Made by a program: the position numbers and the translations under genes. A DNA stretch of 64,000 bases from Candidatus Doudnabacteria bacterium RIFCSPHIGHO2_01_FULL_46_24 (GTDB taxonomy: Bacteria; Patescibacteriota; Doudnabacteria; UBA920; O2-02-FULL-48-8): contig MFEL01000010.1 in NCBI GenBank assembly GCA_001777575.1, positions 84,661-148,660 of the forward strand, given 5' to 3'. The notes below the pieces were generated by a model that was not told the DNA's origin, did no database searches, and was given only the letters and a program-made list of their open reading frames with translations. Shown in pieces: positions 28,477 through 37,457 of this stretch. Numbering within the stretch: the first letter of the stretch is position 1; each line of letters opens with the position of its first letter.

Positions 28477-29277
28477 TTAAGAAGTGATTCCGGCCAATTC
28501 CATGATGTATTTCTCGGGATTGTTCAAAAAATCCAGGCTTTCAGGGTTCGTCACTCCGGTCTGGTACATAGGCTGGCTGCCGCTGATGGCCAGTTTCGAC
28601 ATAAATTTGGTGTCAATCATGCGCACTGGCGGCAAGTCTTGATAATTGGAATTTGGCACAAACTTAAACAGTTCAACCTCGTCAGAGACGACATAGTAGG
28701 CCATACCGTGATGGATCTTGATCGGCTCGTATAAAGAAACAAACTTATCAGCGCACCAATTGGCCGTGACCAAAACTTCTGAGGCGGTGTTGACCATGAT
28801 ATGCCCGTAATTCGGGGGGTAAATTATTTTGTCTCCTGCCTTGCCGCGGATGGCCAAGACATTCAGCACCTTGTGATAGTCTGGTTCGGTTTTCTGGAGT
28901 AGAAACAGCGCTTCGCCATGCAAGACCTCATAAACTTCCGGGTAAGCAATCGGTTGCGTTAACCCGGGTTTGTACGGATGGTAATGGCCGAGCATTTTGT
29001 TGAATTCCTGCCCCAGCATCGTCGGCGGCGTGACGGTAATGTCATATCTGATGTTGTTGTCGCGGATGGTTTGCACATGTTCGGGCATGTGGATGTTGCG
29101 GTACATGTAATACATTTCCTTGCGCTCTGATTGGAAAGAAGGATCCATAAGTACCGGCACCATTTCGGCAAGAGTGCGCACTGCCGGCTGGATGTCCCTA
29201 AGCGGCGGGTTAAACTTGAGGCGAAAGTCGTTAGTCACTTCAATTGGCAAACTCGAAATTTGTTCAAGGTTTATCAT
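28477..29277 (-). CDS. Cupin-type (archaeal-like) glucose-6-phosphate isomerase family
   Basis: RYDITV, EFNKMLGHYH, YPEVYEV..G, PPNYGH..VN. Confidence 0.85.
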   Translation of the reverse strand: MINLEQISSLPIEVTNDFRLKFNPPLRDIQPAVRTLAEMVPVLMDPSFQSERKEMYYMYRNIHMPEHVQTIRDNNIRYDITVTPPTMLGQEFNKMLGHYHPYKPGLTQPIAYPEVYEVLHGEALFLLQKTEPDYHKVLNVLAIRGKAGDKIIYPPNYGHIMVNTASEVLVTANWCADKFVSLYEPIKIHHGMAYYVVSDEVELFKFVPNSNYQDLPPVRMIDTKFMSKLAISGSQPMYQTGVTNPESLDFLNNPEKYIMELAGITS

Positions 29278-31175
29278 ATGGTAGTCGCCTTAATTCTTCG
29301 GACCCCGGCGGACACAGCTTCTTCTTTCTTAATCTTAAATTGGCCAAGCTCGCCGGTGTGCGCAACATGCGGGCCACCGCAGAATTCGCGGGAAAAAACC
29401 GAACCGTCTTTATTATATATGCTATACACGCTTACGACCTCGCCATACTTGGCCCCAAACTCGGCCAAGGCGCCCGATTTCTCAGCCTCGGCTTTAGGCA
29501 TCTCTTCCCTCTTGACCTCAAGGTTCTCTGAAATTTTTTGATTGACGATTTTTTCAGCTTGCTCCAATTGCTCTTTCGTCATTTTCTCGGGATGCGAAAA
29601 ATCTATTCGCAGCCGCTCGGAGCTGACATTTGATCCCCTCTGAAGCACATGGCTGCCCAAAACCTGACGCAATGCCGCCAAAAGCAGATGATGTGCCGTA
29701 TGATGCTTAATAGTCTGCGGTTCGTGGTCCACCAGCCCGCCCTTGAACATGCCACTTGATGCTGTCTGTGAAAGCTTTCTATGTTTTTCTTTGTATTTCT
29801 CCAATTCCACTTCAAATCCTTGAAGTAAACCAATATGCAAATACCCTCTTGATTCCGCAACTTCTTTCGTTAACTCCAACGGGTATCCGAAAGTCTGAAA
29901 TAAATCAAAAGCATCCTTTCCTGAAAGACCGTTATGCTCCTTAATCCTTTTCTCAATCTCTTTTTCACCTCTTTCCAAAGTTTCCATAAATTTCATTTCT
30001 TCCGCTTCAAAAACTTCCTGTATTTTTTTTGTTTGTTGTGAAAGCTCCGGATAAGCGTCATTATAGATGTCAGTAACAACCCGGACTAACGGGTAAAGAT
30101 TTGAAAATCCTGGTGCAAATTTATAGGCATTAAATATGGATCGGCGTAAAAGTCTTCTGAGAACGTAACCGCGTTCTTTATTGCTAGGCAATACTCCGTC
30201 TCCAATCATAAAAACAGCCGCCCTGACATGATCAGCCACAATCCTCATTCGGGATTTTTGATCAATTTCAACTGAACCATAATCCCAGCTGTAATTCTTA
30301 CGAAGTGCGTCAAAAACCCCCTTTAATACATCAACCTCAAAAATATCCGGATCATTATTCGATGCCGCAGCTAACCTCTCCAGTCCGCCGCCGAAATCCA
30401 CATTTTGCTGCTTTAGCTTCTCGAAACCTCTCTCGGTCTTTACATATTCCATAAAAACCGAGTTTCCAATTTCCAAAAAACGGCCGCAATCGCAATTAGG
30501 GTGGCAATTTTTGCCGAATTTTGGGTCGTGGGGCGTTCCAAAATCATAAAACACTTCAGAATCAGGCCCTCCCGGCTCCCCAACCGGCATGTTCGCAGGA
30601 ACGCCGGTTCTGCTCCACCAGTTCTTTTTTGCTCCGTAATAAAAAATTCTGCCTTCCTGCATTCCTTCTTCGCTCCCCTTTTCTTCTGTAATCAGTTCAA
30701 CAATTGGGGCAGGGATTCCGCCTGTCTCGAACAAATTTTGCCAAATCGCCGGGGATTCTTCATCTCGGGGAATGTTATTCTCTGGATCTCCGACAAACAC
30801 CGACACATACAGACGATCGGCAGGCAAACCGACACCTGTTTCTTTATTTGTCAAAAACTCAAAAAACCAGGCAAGCTGGTCTTTTTTCCAATAATCGCCG
30901 AGAGACCAATTGCCAAGCATTTCAAAAAAAGTTGTGTGCCTGTTGTCGCCGACTTCTTCTATATCTTCTGCGCGAAAACTTTTCTGTGAATTAACCAGTT
31001 TCGTACCGTCCGGATGCTTTTCTCCAAGCAAATATGGAACGAGTGGCTGCATTCCTGATCCAATAAACAAGGTGCTCGAGTCTCCTTCAGGGATCAGTGG
31101 CGCGGAAGGGATTACCTTGTGGCCCCTTGCTTGGAAAAATTTAAGATATTTTTCTCTAAGCTCGTGCGATGTCAT
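29274..31175 (-). CDS. alaS: Alanyl-tRNA synthetase (lacks the C-Ala domain)
   Basis: HTTFFEMLGNWS, DHVRA, HHTAHHLL, EFCGGPHV, GVRRIKA at the C-terminus. Confidence 0.97.
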   Translation of the reverse strand: MTSHELREKYLKFFQARGHKVIPSAPLIPEGDSSTLFIGSGMQPLVPYLLGEKHPDGTKLVNSQKSFRAEDIEEVGDNRHTTFFEMLGNWSLGDYWKKDQLAWFFEFLTNKETGVGLPADRLYVSVFVGDPENNIPRDEESPAIWQNLFETGGIPAPIVELITEEKGSEEGMQEGRIFYYGAKKNWWSRTGVPANMPVGEPGGPDSEVFYDFGTPHDPKFGKNCHPNCDCGRFLEIGNSVFMEYVKTERGFEKLKQQNVDFGGGLERLAAASNNDPDIFEVDVLKGVFDALRKNYSWDYGSVEIDQKSRMRIVADHVRAAVFMIGDGVLPSNKERGYVLRRLLRRSIFNAYKFAPGFSNLYPLVRVVTDIYNDAYPELSQQTKKIQEVFEAEEMKFMETLERGEKEIEKRIKEHNGLSGKDAFDLFQTFGYPLELTKEVAESRGYLHIGLLQGFEVELEKYKEKHRKLSQTASSGMFKGGLVDHEPQTIKHHTAHHLLLAALRQVLGSHVLQRGSNVSSERLRIDFSHPEKMTKEQLEQAEKIVNQKISENLEVKREEMPKAEAEKSGALAEFGAKYGEVVSVYSIYNKDGSVFSREFCGGPHVAHTGELGQFKIKKEEAVSAGVRRIKATTI

Positions 31176-31187
31176 ATGATTGACTAA

Positions 31188-32396
31188 TTACCTCAACAAC
31201 TCCAAGGCTTTGTCCATTTGGGGATCACGGTCAGCTTCGATGTCTTCTCTGGTCATCTCAACTTTGATGTCCGGCTCCAAGCCGTTTTTGTTAATATCCC
31301 GCCCTTTTGGCGTGCGCCATTTGCCGGTGGTGATTTTCAAATCCGAGCCGTCTTTCATAAGGTTAAGCTCCTGCACCGAGCCTTTGCCAAAAGTTTTATC
31401 GCCAACCAATGTTGCCTTCTTATGATCCTGCAGCGCCCCGGCCAAAATTTCCGCAGCCGAAGCCGAGCCGCCGTTTATTAAAACCACGGTTTTTAACTCT
31501 TTCAGCCTAGCCAACCCGCTTGATGGATAAGATTTCTCCTCGTCATTAAACCGAACTTCTTTGACCACAACTTTCCCTGAATCCACCCAATTCGAGGCGA
31601 TCTCGATGCTGGTCTCCAAGTATCCGCCCGGGTTATTTCTCAAATCCACAATCAGTCCGTCATAATTGCCGGCCATGACCACATCCACCACATGATCAAA
31701 CAAGCCTTTGGTATCGTCCCCAAAACGATTTAATTTGATAATGCCAATCTTTTTCCCGTCAATCTCGTTGGTTTCGAATTTCAAGCTTTTGATCTCGATG
31801 CGGGCGCGCTGAATAATTTTCTCTTCCGGCTGCCGCTCATCTTTATGCAAAATGCTCAACGTGACTTCGCTGCCGGCAGGGCCGCGGATTTTGGACACTG
31901 CCTGGTCAACTGTCAGTCCGTTGGTCGGCTCGCCATTTATGGCTAATATCCCATCTCCGGGCAGAAGGCCGGCTTTCGCCGCCGGAGTGCCTTCCAGAGG
32001 CGCTATGACCACGAGCTGGTCATTTTTGATGCCAATCTCCGCGCCGATGCCATTAAAACTCCCGGAAAGTTCTTCATCGAATTCTTTCGCTTCTTTCGGA
32101 TCAAGGAAAACCGTATAAGGATCACCAACGGCCCTGACCAATCCGGCAACTGCGCCATATAAAAGCTCCTGTTGGTCAAGCGGTCGGTCCACATATTTCC
32201 GGTTAAGCAAATCCAAAGTCTCCCAAAGCAGCGAGTAATCCCCGTTGGTGGGAACATTGCCGCGCTGGATGGTGATGTTGCTGCCCTCAAGCCTAATCTT
32301 TTGACTACCAACGCCATAGCCAATACCAAACACCAGCCCCAAAATAAGAACTGAGGCAATTAAATTGAGACTTTTTTTCTGGTCCATTATTGTCAC
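31188..32396 (-). CDS. ctpA: C-terminal processing protease (S41, PDZ)
   Basis: GDPYT, GIGAEI, DLRNNPGG, SASAAEI, TFGKGSVQ. Confidence 0.93.
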   Translation of the reverse strand: MTIMDQKKSLNLIASVLILGLVFGIGYGVGSQKIRLEGSNITIQRGNVPTNGDYSLLWETLDLLNRKYVDRPLDQQELLYGAVAGLVRAVGDPYTVFLDPKEAKEFDEELSGSFNGIGAEIGIKNDQLVVIAPLEGTPAAKAGLLPGDGILAINGEPTNGLTVDQAVSKIRGPAGSEVTLSILHKDERQPEEKIIQRARIEIKSLKFETNEIDGKKIGIIKLNRFGDDTKGLFDHVVDVVMAGNYDGLIVDLRNNPGGYLETSIEIASNWVDSGKVVVKEVRFNDEEKSYPSSGLARLKELKTVVLINGGSASAAEILAGALQDHKKATLVGDKTFGKGSVQELNLMKDGSDLKITTGKWRTPKGRDINKNGLEPDIKVEMTREDIEADRDPQMDKALELLR

Positions 32397-32443
32397 TTTA
32401 ACAAATTATATCTCGCAAGTAAAATGATAGTCCTTAATAGACG

Positions 32444-32472
32444 TTGACAAACATTTATGGCAGTTTTATACT
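32444..32472 (+). promoter_or_regulatory. Near-consensus sigma70 promoter
   Basis: TTGACA-N17-TATACT, followed by SD aaggaggt at 32486. Confidence 0.75.
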
Positions 32473-33126
32473 CGTTTTATCACACAAGGAGGTACCAATA
32501 GCCCGTCGTCACCACCGTTACCCTCTGCGGCGCTCGCGATCGCTCTATCGTTACTGGATCGCCCGCCGCGCGCTCGTGGCCGTTCTTCTCTGTCGCCGGA
32601 GGTGCAACGCTTAGTTCGGCAAGCCTAGCAAGCTTGCGTGGCCTGTAACAGATCCATCAAGATGAAGGAGGTCTGGCATGGCCCGCATCACGCTTGACGG
32701 TTTCGGCCCCGAGGTACGGCCGCCGTGATCTAACTTCCTCTTCAGGCTCCGTCCACGAGACCAATGGCCTGATGGTTGTGAACAGCCTGTAGCTGTTCCA
32801 ATTTCGGCAGTGGCACAGCGCTGCATCAGTCCGTTGCCTCAGACGCAACAACCACGGATTTCGTGAAAGGAGCAGCTATAGCCAGCTAACCCTCCTCAAC
32901 TGGCGAACACTGAACAGCGCGAGCCCGAGCCTCGACTCGGGCGACCAAATCGGCTGCCACTGGGCGGCCGAAGGCAACTGCCTTGGACAGACTTAAGAGC
33001 ACGAACTAAGTGCTGGACTGAAGTCCGGGACAGGAAGCCAAACGACGATGGGAAACCGGGGGTAGGAGCAACCGACGGCACAAGCTGCCATCAACCGCTC
33101 CTCCCCCCATCCCTCTCTCAACGTTC

Positions 33127-33978
33127 TCAATGGACGCTTTTTTTGTTTCTAAACAAATTCACGACAAGAACCAAGAACATTCGCAGATTTATACCAAGAT
33201 AAACCAGCTGGTTAAAAAGCCGGTTATATTTTTGTGCGTAATGCTTGCGGTAAAAAATTTTCATGGCATCATGCGCCAACTTGATGGTACGAAACGGAAC
33301 CAATTGTGCTGAACCGTATTTGTAATGCGTAATCACGACCTGGGGATAATACATTACCTTGTACCCGGCTTCCTTGACGCGCCAGCACCAGTCCAAATCC
33401 TCGCCATACATGAAAAAATCCTCGTCGAGTAATCCGATTTGGTCCATTACGGATTTTCTGATCATCAGATATGCACCCATGACTGAATCAACTTCGGTTT
33501 CCTGGTCAATAGGCCTCGTGATATTGTAATTACTGAATTTTCGCAGTCCAAACAAGCGCAAAAAAGCATTCCGGGGATTGGGAAATTTCCTGCGACAAGC
33601 TTCATCTAATTCCCCATTTGGCAGCAAAACTTTGCAGCCCATAGCCCCGGCTTCCGCATGCAAGTTCATGTATCTGATAGACAGATCAAAAGTATTGGAC
33701 TTAACTTCTGTGTCAGAGTTCAAAAGCAATGAATATCGTCCTTGGGCAAGGCGCAGGGCCGCGTTATTCCCTTTTGAAAATCCCAAATTCGCGTTATTTT
33801 CAATCAATTTCACTTCCGGAAATTCCGCCCCGATCATTTCCTGGCTGCCGTCTTGCGACTCATTGTCCGAAACTAAAACCTCAAACTGAAAATTCGTATG
33901 CGAAGCAAACACCGACTTCAGACATTTTCGCAGAAGATCTTTGGTATTGTAATTAAGAATAATAATTGTTAAATCCAT
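33127..33978 (-). CDS. GT2 glycosyltransferase (WbbL-like rhamnosyltransferase)
   Basis: IIILNYN, NLGFSKGNN, LLNSD, FFMYGEDLDWC. Confidence 0.9.
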   Translation of the reverse strand: MDLTIIILNYNTKDLLRKCLKSVFASHTNFQFEVLVSDNESQDGSQEMIGAEFPEVKLIENNANLGFSKGNNAALRLAQGRYSLLLNSDTEVKSNTFDLSIRYMNLHAEAGAMGCKVLLPNGELDEACRRKFPNPRNAFLRLFGLRKFSNYNITRPIDQETEVDSVMGAYLMIRKSVMDQIGLLDEDFFMYGEDLDWCWRVKEAGYKVMYYPQVVITHYKYGSAQLVPFRTIKLAHDAMKIFYRKHYAQKYNRLFNQLVYLGINLRMFLVLVVNLFRNKKSVH

Positions 33979-34028
33979 GATATTATATAAGATGAATCTG
34001 GATACTTTTGCCAAGGAGGAAAGGATAC

Positions 34029-34322
34029 ATGCACTCAGGCATGGTCCCGCGCTTGACGCCGATCGGGTCTGAAATCCAAACTATGATCGACCGTGCCGCA
34101 TTGGCTCCCGTGGTCGATCTGACACTAAGCGTCTTGGATGAACTGGCCAAGTGGCACCGACACTACTTGGAATACCTGCGATACTATGACCAGAGAAAAG
34201 CAGCTATGGCCGAAACTCTGGCCTTTTACAAGACGTTGAAGATCCGGGTCTGCCCACTAGCCATCCATAAGAAGATCAAGCGAATTATTGCGGAGTTGTC
34301 CGCGATACCCCTTAAACCCTGA
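34029..34322 (+). CDS. Small hypothetical protein
   Basis: SD aaggagg/aagga before ATG 34029; fills the gap between two GT2 genes. Confidence 0.55.
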   Translation: MHSGMVPRLTPIGSEIQTMIDRAALAPVVDLTLSVLDELAKWHRHYLEYLRYYDQRKAAMAETLAFYKTLKIRVCPLAIHKKIKRIIAELSAIPLKP

Positions 34323-34338
34323 TGCCGTAAAGCTCTTC

Positions 34339-35349
34339 CTAGCCTCGGTGCAAAACTGCGGCTCTTTTTTTTAATATTCTGGGAACTTGTCGTAACAACA
34401 GGGGAATCACTTTTAATGTACTAATCTCAAACAGCAGTATATACCCAAGCATGGCGATTTCCCGAACGATAAAAAACGGCAGCCACCGCAACGGGGCATT
34501 TTTAATATACATCAAAATGTGGTTCTTGTAATTTAGTTGCCGAACAACAGGTGAAAGCTGCTTGTGGTGCTTGATAAAATTCCAGACTTTCAGATAACCA
34601 CCCCTGGATGAACCGGCTGCCCGACCGTGATAAGCCACCGCTTCCGGCACGTAAACGTTCAGAAGCCCCGCGCGGTTCAAGCGCCAGGACAAATCCACGT
34701 CTTCCCAGTAAGACCCAAAATCTTCATCAAAGAACTCACACAAATCATCTTCTCCCCTTGCGGGAGAAGATGTCGCCCCAGCGACAGATGAGGGGGAACA
34801 ATACTTCACAGCATCCAAGGTGTTTCGCCGATACATAGGCCCTGCACCGCTGACGCCAAAAACCTTCAAGGTTCGACCTTGATCAAATTGGCCTTGATCA
34901 ACTTGGTTCTGGCCCCGATCACGCCCTCGGCCTGACACTGACATTACAACCCCAGTTGAATCTATAATACCGGTCTTTTGGTTATGCTCGAAATCATAAC
35001 GCAAAAGTTTCCCGGTTGCCGCAGCTATCTTGGGGTCTTCAAAAGCTTTAAGCATTTTTTCGATATAATCAGGCTCCAAAATCAAATCCGGATTCACAAG
35101 CTGGATAAATTCGCCGGAAGAATTCTTTATCCCCAAATTGTTCCCTCCGGCAAACCCAAGATTTTTTCCAGGATCCAAAATCTTAACCTGTGGATAATCC
35201 TTTTGAAGCATTTCCCTGGCCCCGTCATCAGCATTGATCACCGTAATCACTTCCAAGTCTTTGTGAGTCTGCCCCAAGACCGCATCCATCACTGGCTTAA
35301 GATATTTCTTGCTGTTCCAAAGGATAACAATTACGCTAACTTTTGGCAT
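34339..35349 (-). CDS. GT2 glycosyltransferase
   Basis: NLGFAGGNN, LVNPD, FDEDFGSYWEDVDLSWR; start at MPKVS. Confidence 0.9.
   Translation of the reverse strand: MPKVSVIVILWNSKKYLKPVMDAVLGQTHKDLEVITVINADDGAREMLQKDYPQVKILDPGKNLGFAGGNNLGIKNSSGEFIQLVNPDLILEPDYIEKMLKAFEDPKIAAATGKLLRYDFEHNQKTGIIDSTGVVMSVSGRGRDRGQNQVDQGQFDQGRTLKVFGVSGAGPMYRRNTLDAVKYCSPSSVAGATSSPARGEDDLCEFFDEDFGSYWEDVDLSWRLNRAGLLNVYVPEAVAYHGRAAGSSRGGYLKVWNFIKHHKQLSPVVRQLNYKNHILMYIKNAPLRWLPFFIVREIAMLGYILLFEISTLKVIPLLLRQVPRILKKRAAVLHRG
34746..34796. repeat. Palindromic REP-like insert within the GT2 gene
   Basis: catcttctccc-cttgc-gggagaagatg followed by tcgccccagcgacagatgagggg. Confidence 0.65.
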
Positions 35350-36235
35350 TTCGTTCGAGATATTTAATGCCGGTTGCAAATTTCTTTTCGTCCTGATTAT
35401 CGATGCCATGAAACAGATCTACCAAGGCGCTTACGTTCCAAAAAAACATCAATTTTTTCTTGAGCATGCCAGGATTCGGATGCTGATAATATTGCAAAAA
35501 CTCATCCAGAAAATCCGGGGTAAAATCATCGGGATCAACCATCCAGCGGAGATCCAAATCAGGATCGGAAATTGCAATATCGCCGAAATCTATTATTCCC
35601 TCAATTTTCTGGTTGTCCCAATTGTAAATTATATGGTCCGGACTGAGGTCTTGGTGCACCAAAACTGCGGGAGATTCAAACTCGGCAAGTTCCTGAAAAT
35701 AAAACCTAAATTGGGATTCCAAATAGCCGATCAAACGCTGCGGTATTCTGCCTTGAAGCTCGGGGAGACGCTGATGCTTTTTTGTGTAAATTTCTTTTGA
35801 GGTTTCTTCCCATGCTACGCACTGCCGCGCTACATCAAGAGGGAAACTGTGCAGCTTTGAGACAAAATCCGCCAAATCCTTAGCCGCCCTTGTCTTGGCG
35901 GAAGCTGAAAGCGTCCCGAAAAGATCCGGCTTCAAAGGAACCCCAACTATCTGCGAGTAGCCCACAAACGGCAGATCCTTGTGCTTGCCCACGTATTGAA
36001 AATTGGGAATCGCTAAATTGAAAAAATCCTGCAGCTTAGGCATCAAGCATATCTCGGCTTGTATTTGCTTTATTAAATAGTCGCGGCCATCTTGCGGAAA
36101 TCGAAACTCTAAACCCCCATTCGCCAAAAAAGCAAAGTTATCCCACCCTTCGCCTATTTTCTCAATGCTTTTAACCTTAAGGCCGGAAAAGTTTTCTTCG
36201 ATAACTTTTTTATATTCCTCAATTCCCGTAAGCAT
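35336..36235 (-). CDS. Aminoglycoside phosphotransferase (APH)-family kinase
   Basis: IGEGWD, FRFP, HQDLSPDHII, GIIDFGD. Confidence 0.88.
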   Translation of the reverse strand: MLTGIEEYKKVIEENFSGLKVKSIEKIGEGWDNFAFLANGGLEFRFPQDGRDYLIKQIQAEICLMPKLQDFFNLAIPNFQYVGKHKDLPFVGYSQIVGVPLKPDLFGTLSASAKTRAAKDLADFVSKLHSFPLDVARQCVAWEETSKEIYTKKHQRLPELQGRIPQRLIGYLESQFRFYFQELAEFESPAVLVHQDLSPDHIIYNWDNQKIEGIIDFGDIAISDPDLDLRWMVDPDDFTPDFLDEFLQYYQHPNPGMLKKKLMFFWNVSALVDLFHGIDNQDEKKFATGIKYLERNAKS

Positions 36236-36249
36236 AAAATTTTAGTAAA

Positions 36250-36277
36250 TACTAAAATACTGTAAAGTATTTAAGTA
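36250..36277. repeat. 28-bp palindromic site, cassette 3, downstream copy
   Basis: tactaaaatac-tgtaaa-gtatttaagta; 25 bp (36255-36279) identical to 36828-36852; overlaps the stop codon. Confidence 0.9.
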
Positions 36278-36804
36278 TTGTAATTACTCGCTAAAAGCTT
36301 ATCTAATTCCGAATATAACTTGCGCTTAGCACCCAACTTCTCCAAAATTTCTTTCATCTGGCGTTTTTCTTTCTGGGAAGACGACTTTGCCCAGTGCTCC
36401 AGCATGATCTGCGGCCAGAAGTACATCGGGTACTTGCGTTTGAGAGCTGATAATCTTACCGGCTTTTCCGCTTCGCCTAAATTCTTTCTTTTTTGCCTTG
36501 TTCTCTCCAAAACCAGCCTGTATCCTTCTCCCGACTGCTGCGTCCAATGGTTTACCCGGGCAATAGTTGGCTCGCTCACCTTCAACGCTTCTCTGATGTT
36601 CTGATACGTCTCGCCGTTGAGCAGTAGTTCGGCGATCTTAAGCCTCTTGGCAAGCATTTCCATTTCCTGCTTGCCCAAAAGGTCTGTGAGCAATTGCGCG
36701 GCCTCACGCGTATTTTGAATCGCCGCAATAGCTGTGCACAAACTCATAATCATTTCCTGAGTATCTTTATAACTCAATTTTGCTTTCAACGAAAACTTGG
36801 CCAT
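36271..36804 (-). CDS. TrpR/YerC-YecD-like HTH protein (cassette 3)
   Basis: LLTDLLGKQEMEMLAKRLKIAELLLNGETYQNIREALKVSEPTIARV...SGEGY. Confidence 0.88.
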   Translation of the reverse strand: MAKFSLKAKLSYKDTQEMIMSLCTAIAAIQNTREAAQLLTDLLGKQEMEMLAKRLKIAELLLNGETYQNIREALKVSEPTIARVNHWTQQSGEGYRLVLERTRQKRKNLGEAEKPVRLSALKRKYPMYFWPQIMLEHWAKSSSQKEKRQMKEILEKLGAKRKLYSELDKLLASNYNT

Positions 36805-36822
36805 ATAATTACTTTAGCAATT

Positions 36823-36850
36823 TACTTAAATACTGTAAAGTATTTAAGTA
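36823..36850. repeat. 28-bp palindromic site, cassette 3, upstream copy
   Basis: tacttaaatac-tgtaaa-gtatttaagta with perfect 11-bp arms. Confidence 0.9.
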
Positions 36851-36880
36851 TTTTTACTTCAAGAAATATTCAATCAATTT

Positions 36881-37450
36881 CTAAGATTCCAAGACAATAA
36901 ATTGACCTTCGGATAGTTTGTAAATCGGCAGGTCTTCGCCGATGTTTTTTAGCTGGTCAAGAATGTCGTGCTTGCTTTGGTCCCAATGAGCCAAGCCTTT
37001 AATGGGCAGAATGCCTAAGCCTTGCTCGAACTGTTTTCTGTCATTGGAATAATAATGTTTGCAGAGCAAATACATGCCGGCGGAACTGCCGGCATAGACC
37101 TTGCCTTTGATCAAATCGGCGAAATCAGGTGTTTGATTTATTTTGGCCAAAAGTTTTTTCGTATCCCCGCCCCTGACATAAATCACATCAGCATTTTCGA
37201 TCTGCTTACGGAATGTATCCTGATCTTCGCTGGCGATTTCCAGCTCTATATCCTTGTCGGGAGAAGTCGATCGAAAGTTATTTGTATCATCCTGCAATAA
37301 TTCAAAAAAATCTGTTTCCGGCCGCGCGTAGTAAATCAAAAGCACCCTGACTTTTTGCGGCAAGCCCGTGAGTATTTCTTTAAAGAAGCCTCTATTGCCC
37401 TCTAGCTCAAACCTTCTGGTTGCGCCGCCATGAAGAACAAATTTTGTCAT
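36881..37450 (-). CDS. Peptidase S51 (peptidase E / GATase-like)
   Basis: LHGG, IYVRGGDT, YAGSSAG, GLG, AH. Confidence 0.8.
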   Translation of the reverse strand: MTKFVLHGGATRRFELEGNRGFFKEILTGLPQKVRVLLIYYARPETDFFELLQDDTNNFRSTSPDKDIELEIASEDQDTFRKQIENADVIYVRGGDTKKLLAKINQTPDFADLIKGKVYAGSSAGMYLLCKHYYSNDRKQFEQGLGILPIKGLAHWDQSKHDILDQLKNIGEDLPIYKLSEGQFIVLES

Positions 37451-37457
37451 ACTATAT

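Noticed and set aside
35336-36235. Bona fide aminoglycoside resistance gene
   Set aside because: Only family-level kinase motifs are visible; the substrate cannot be inferred.
1762-36850. Calling any of the 28-bp sites the chromosomal dif
   Set aside because: The geometry matches, but none has the XerD arm TTATGTTAAAT, and there are six sites in three different sequences.
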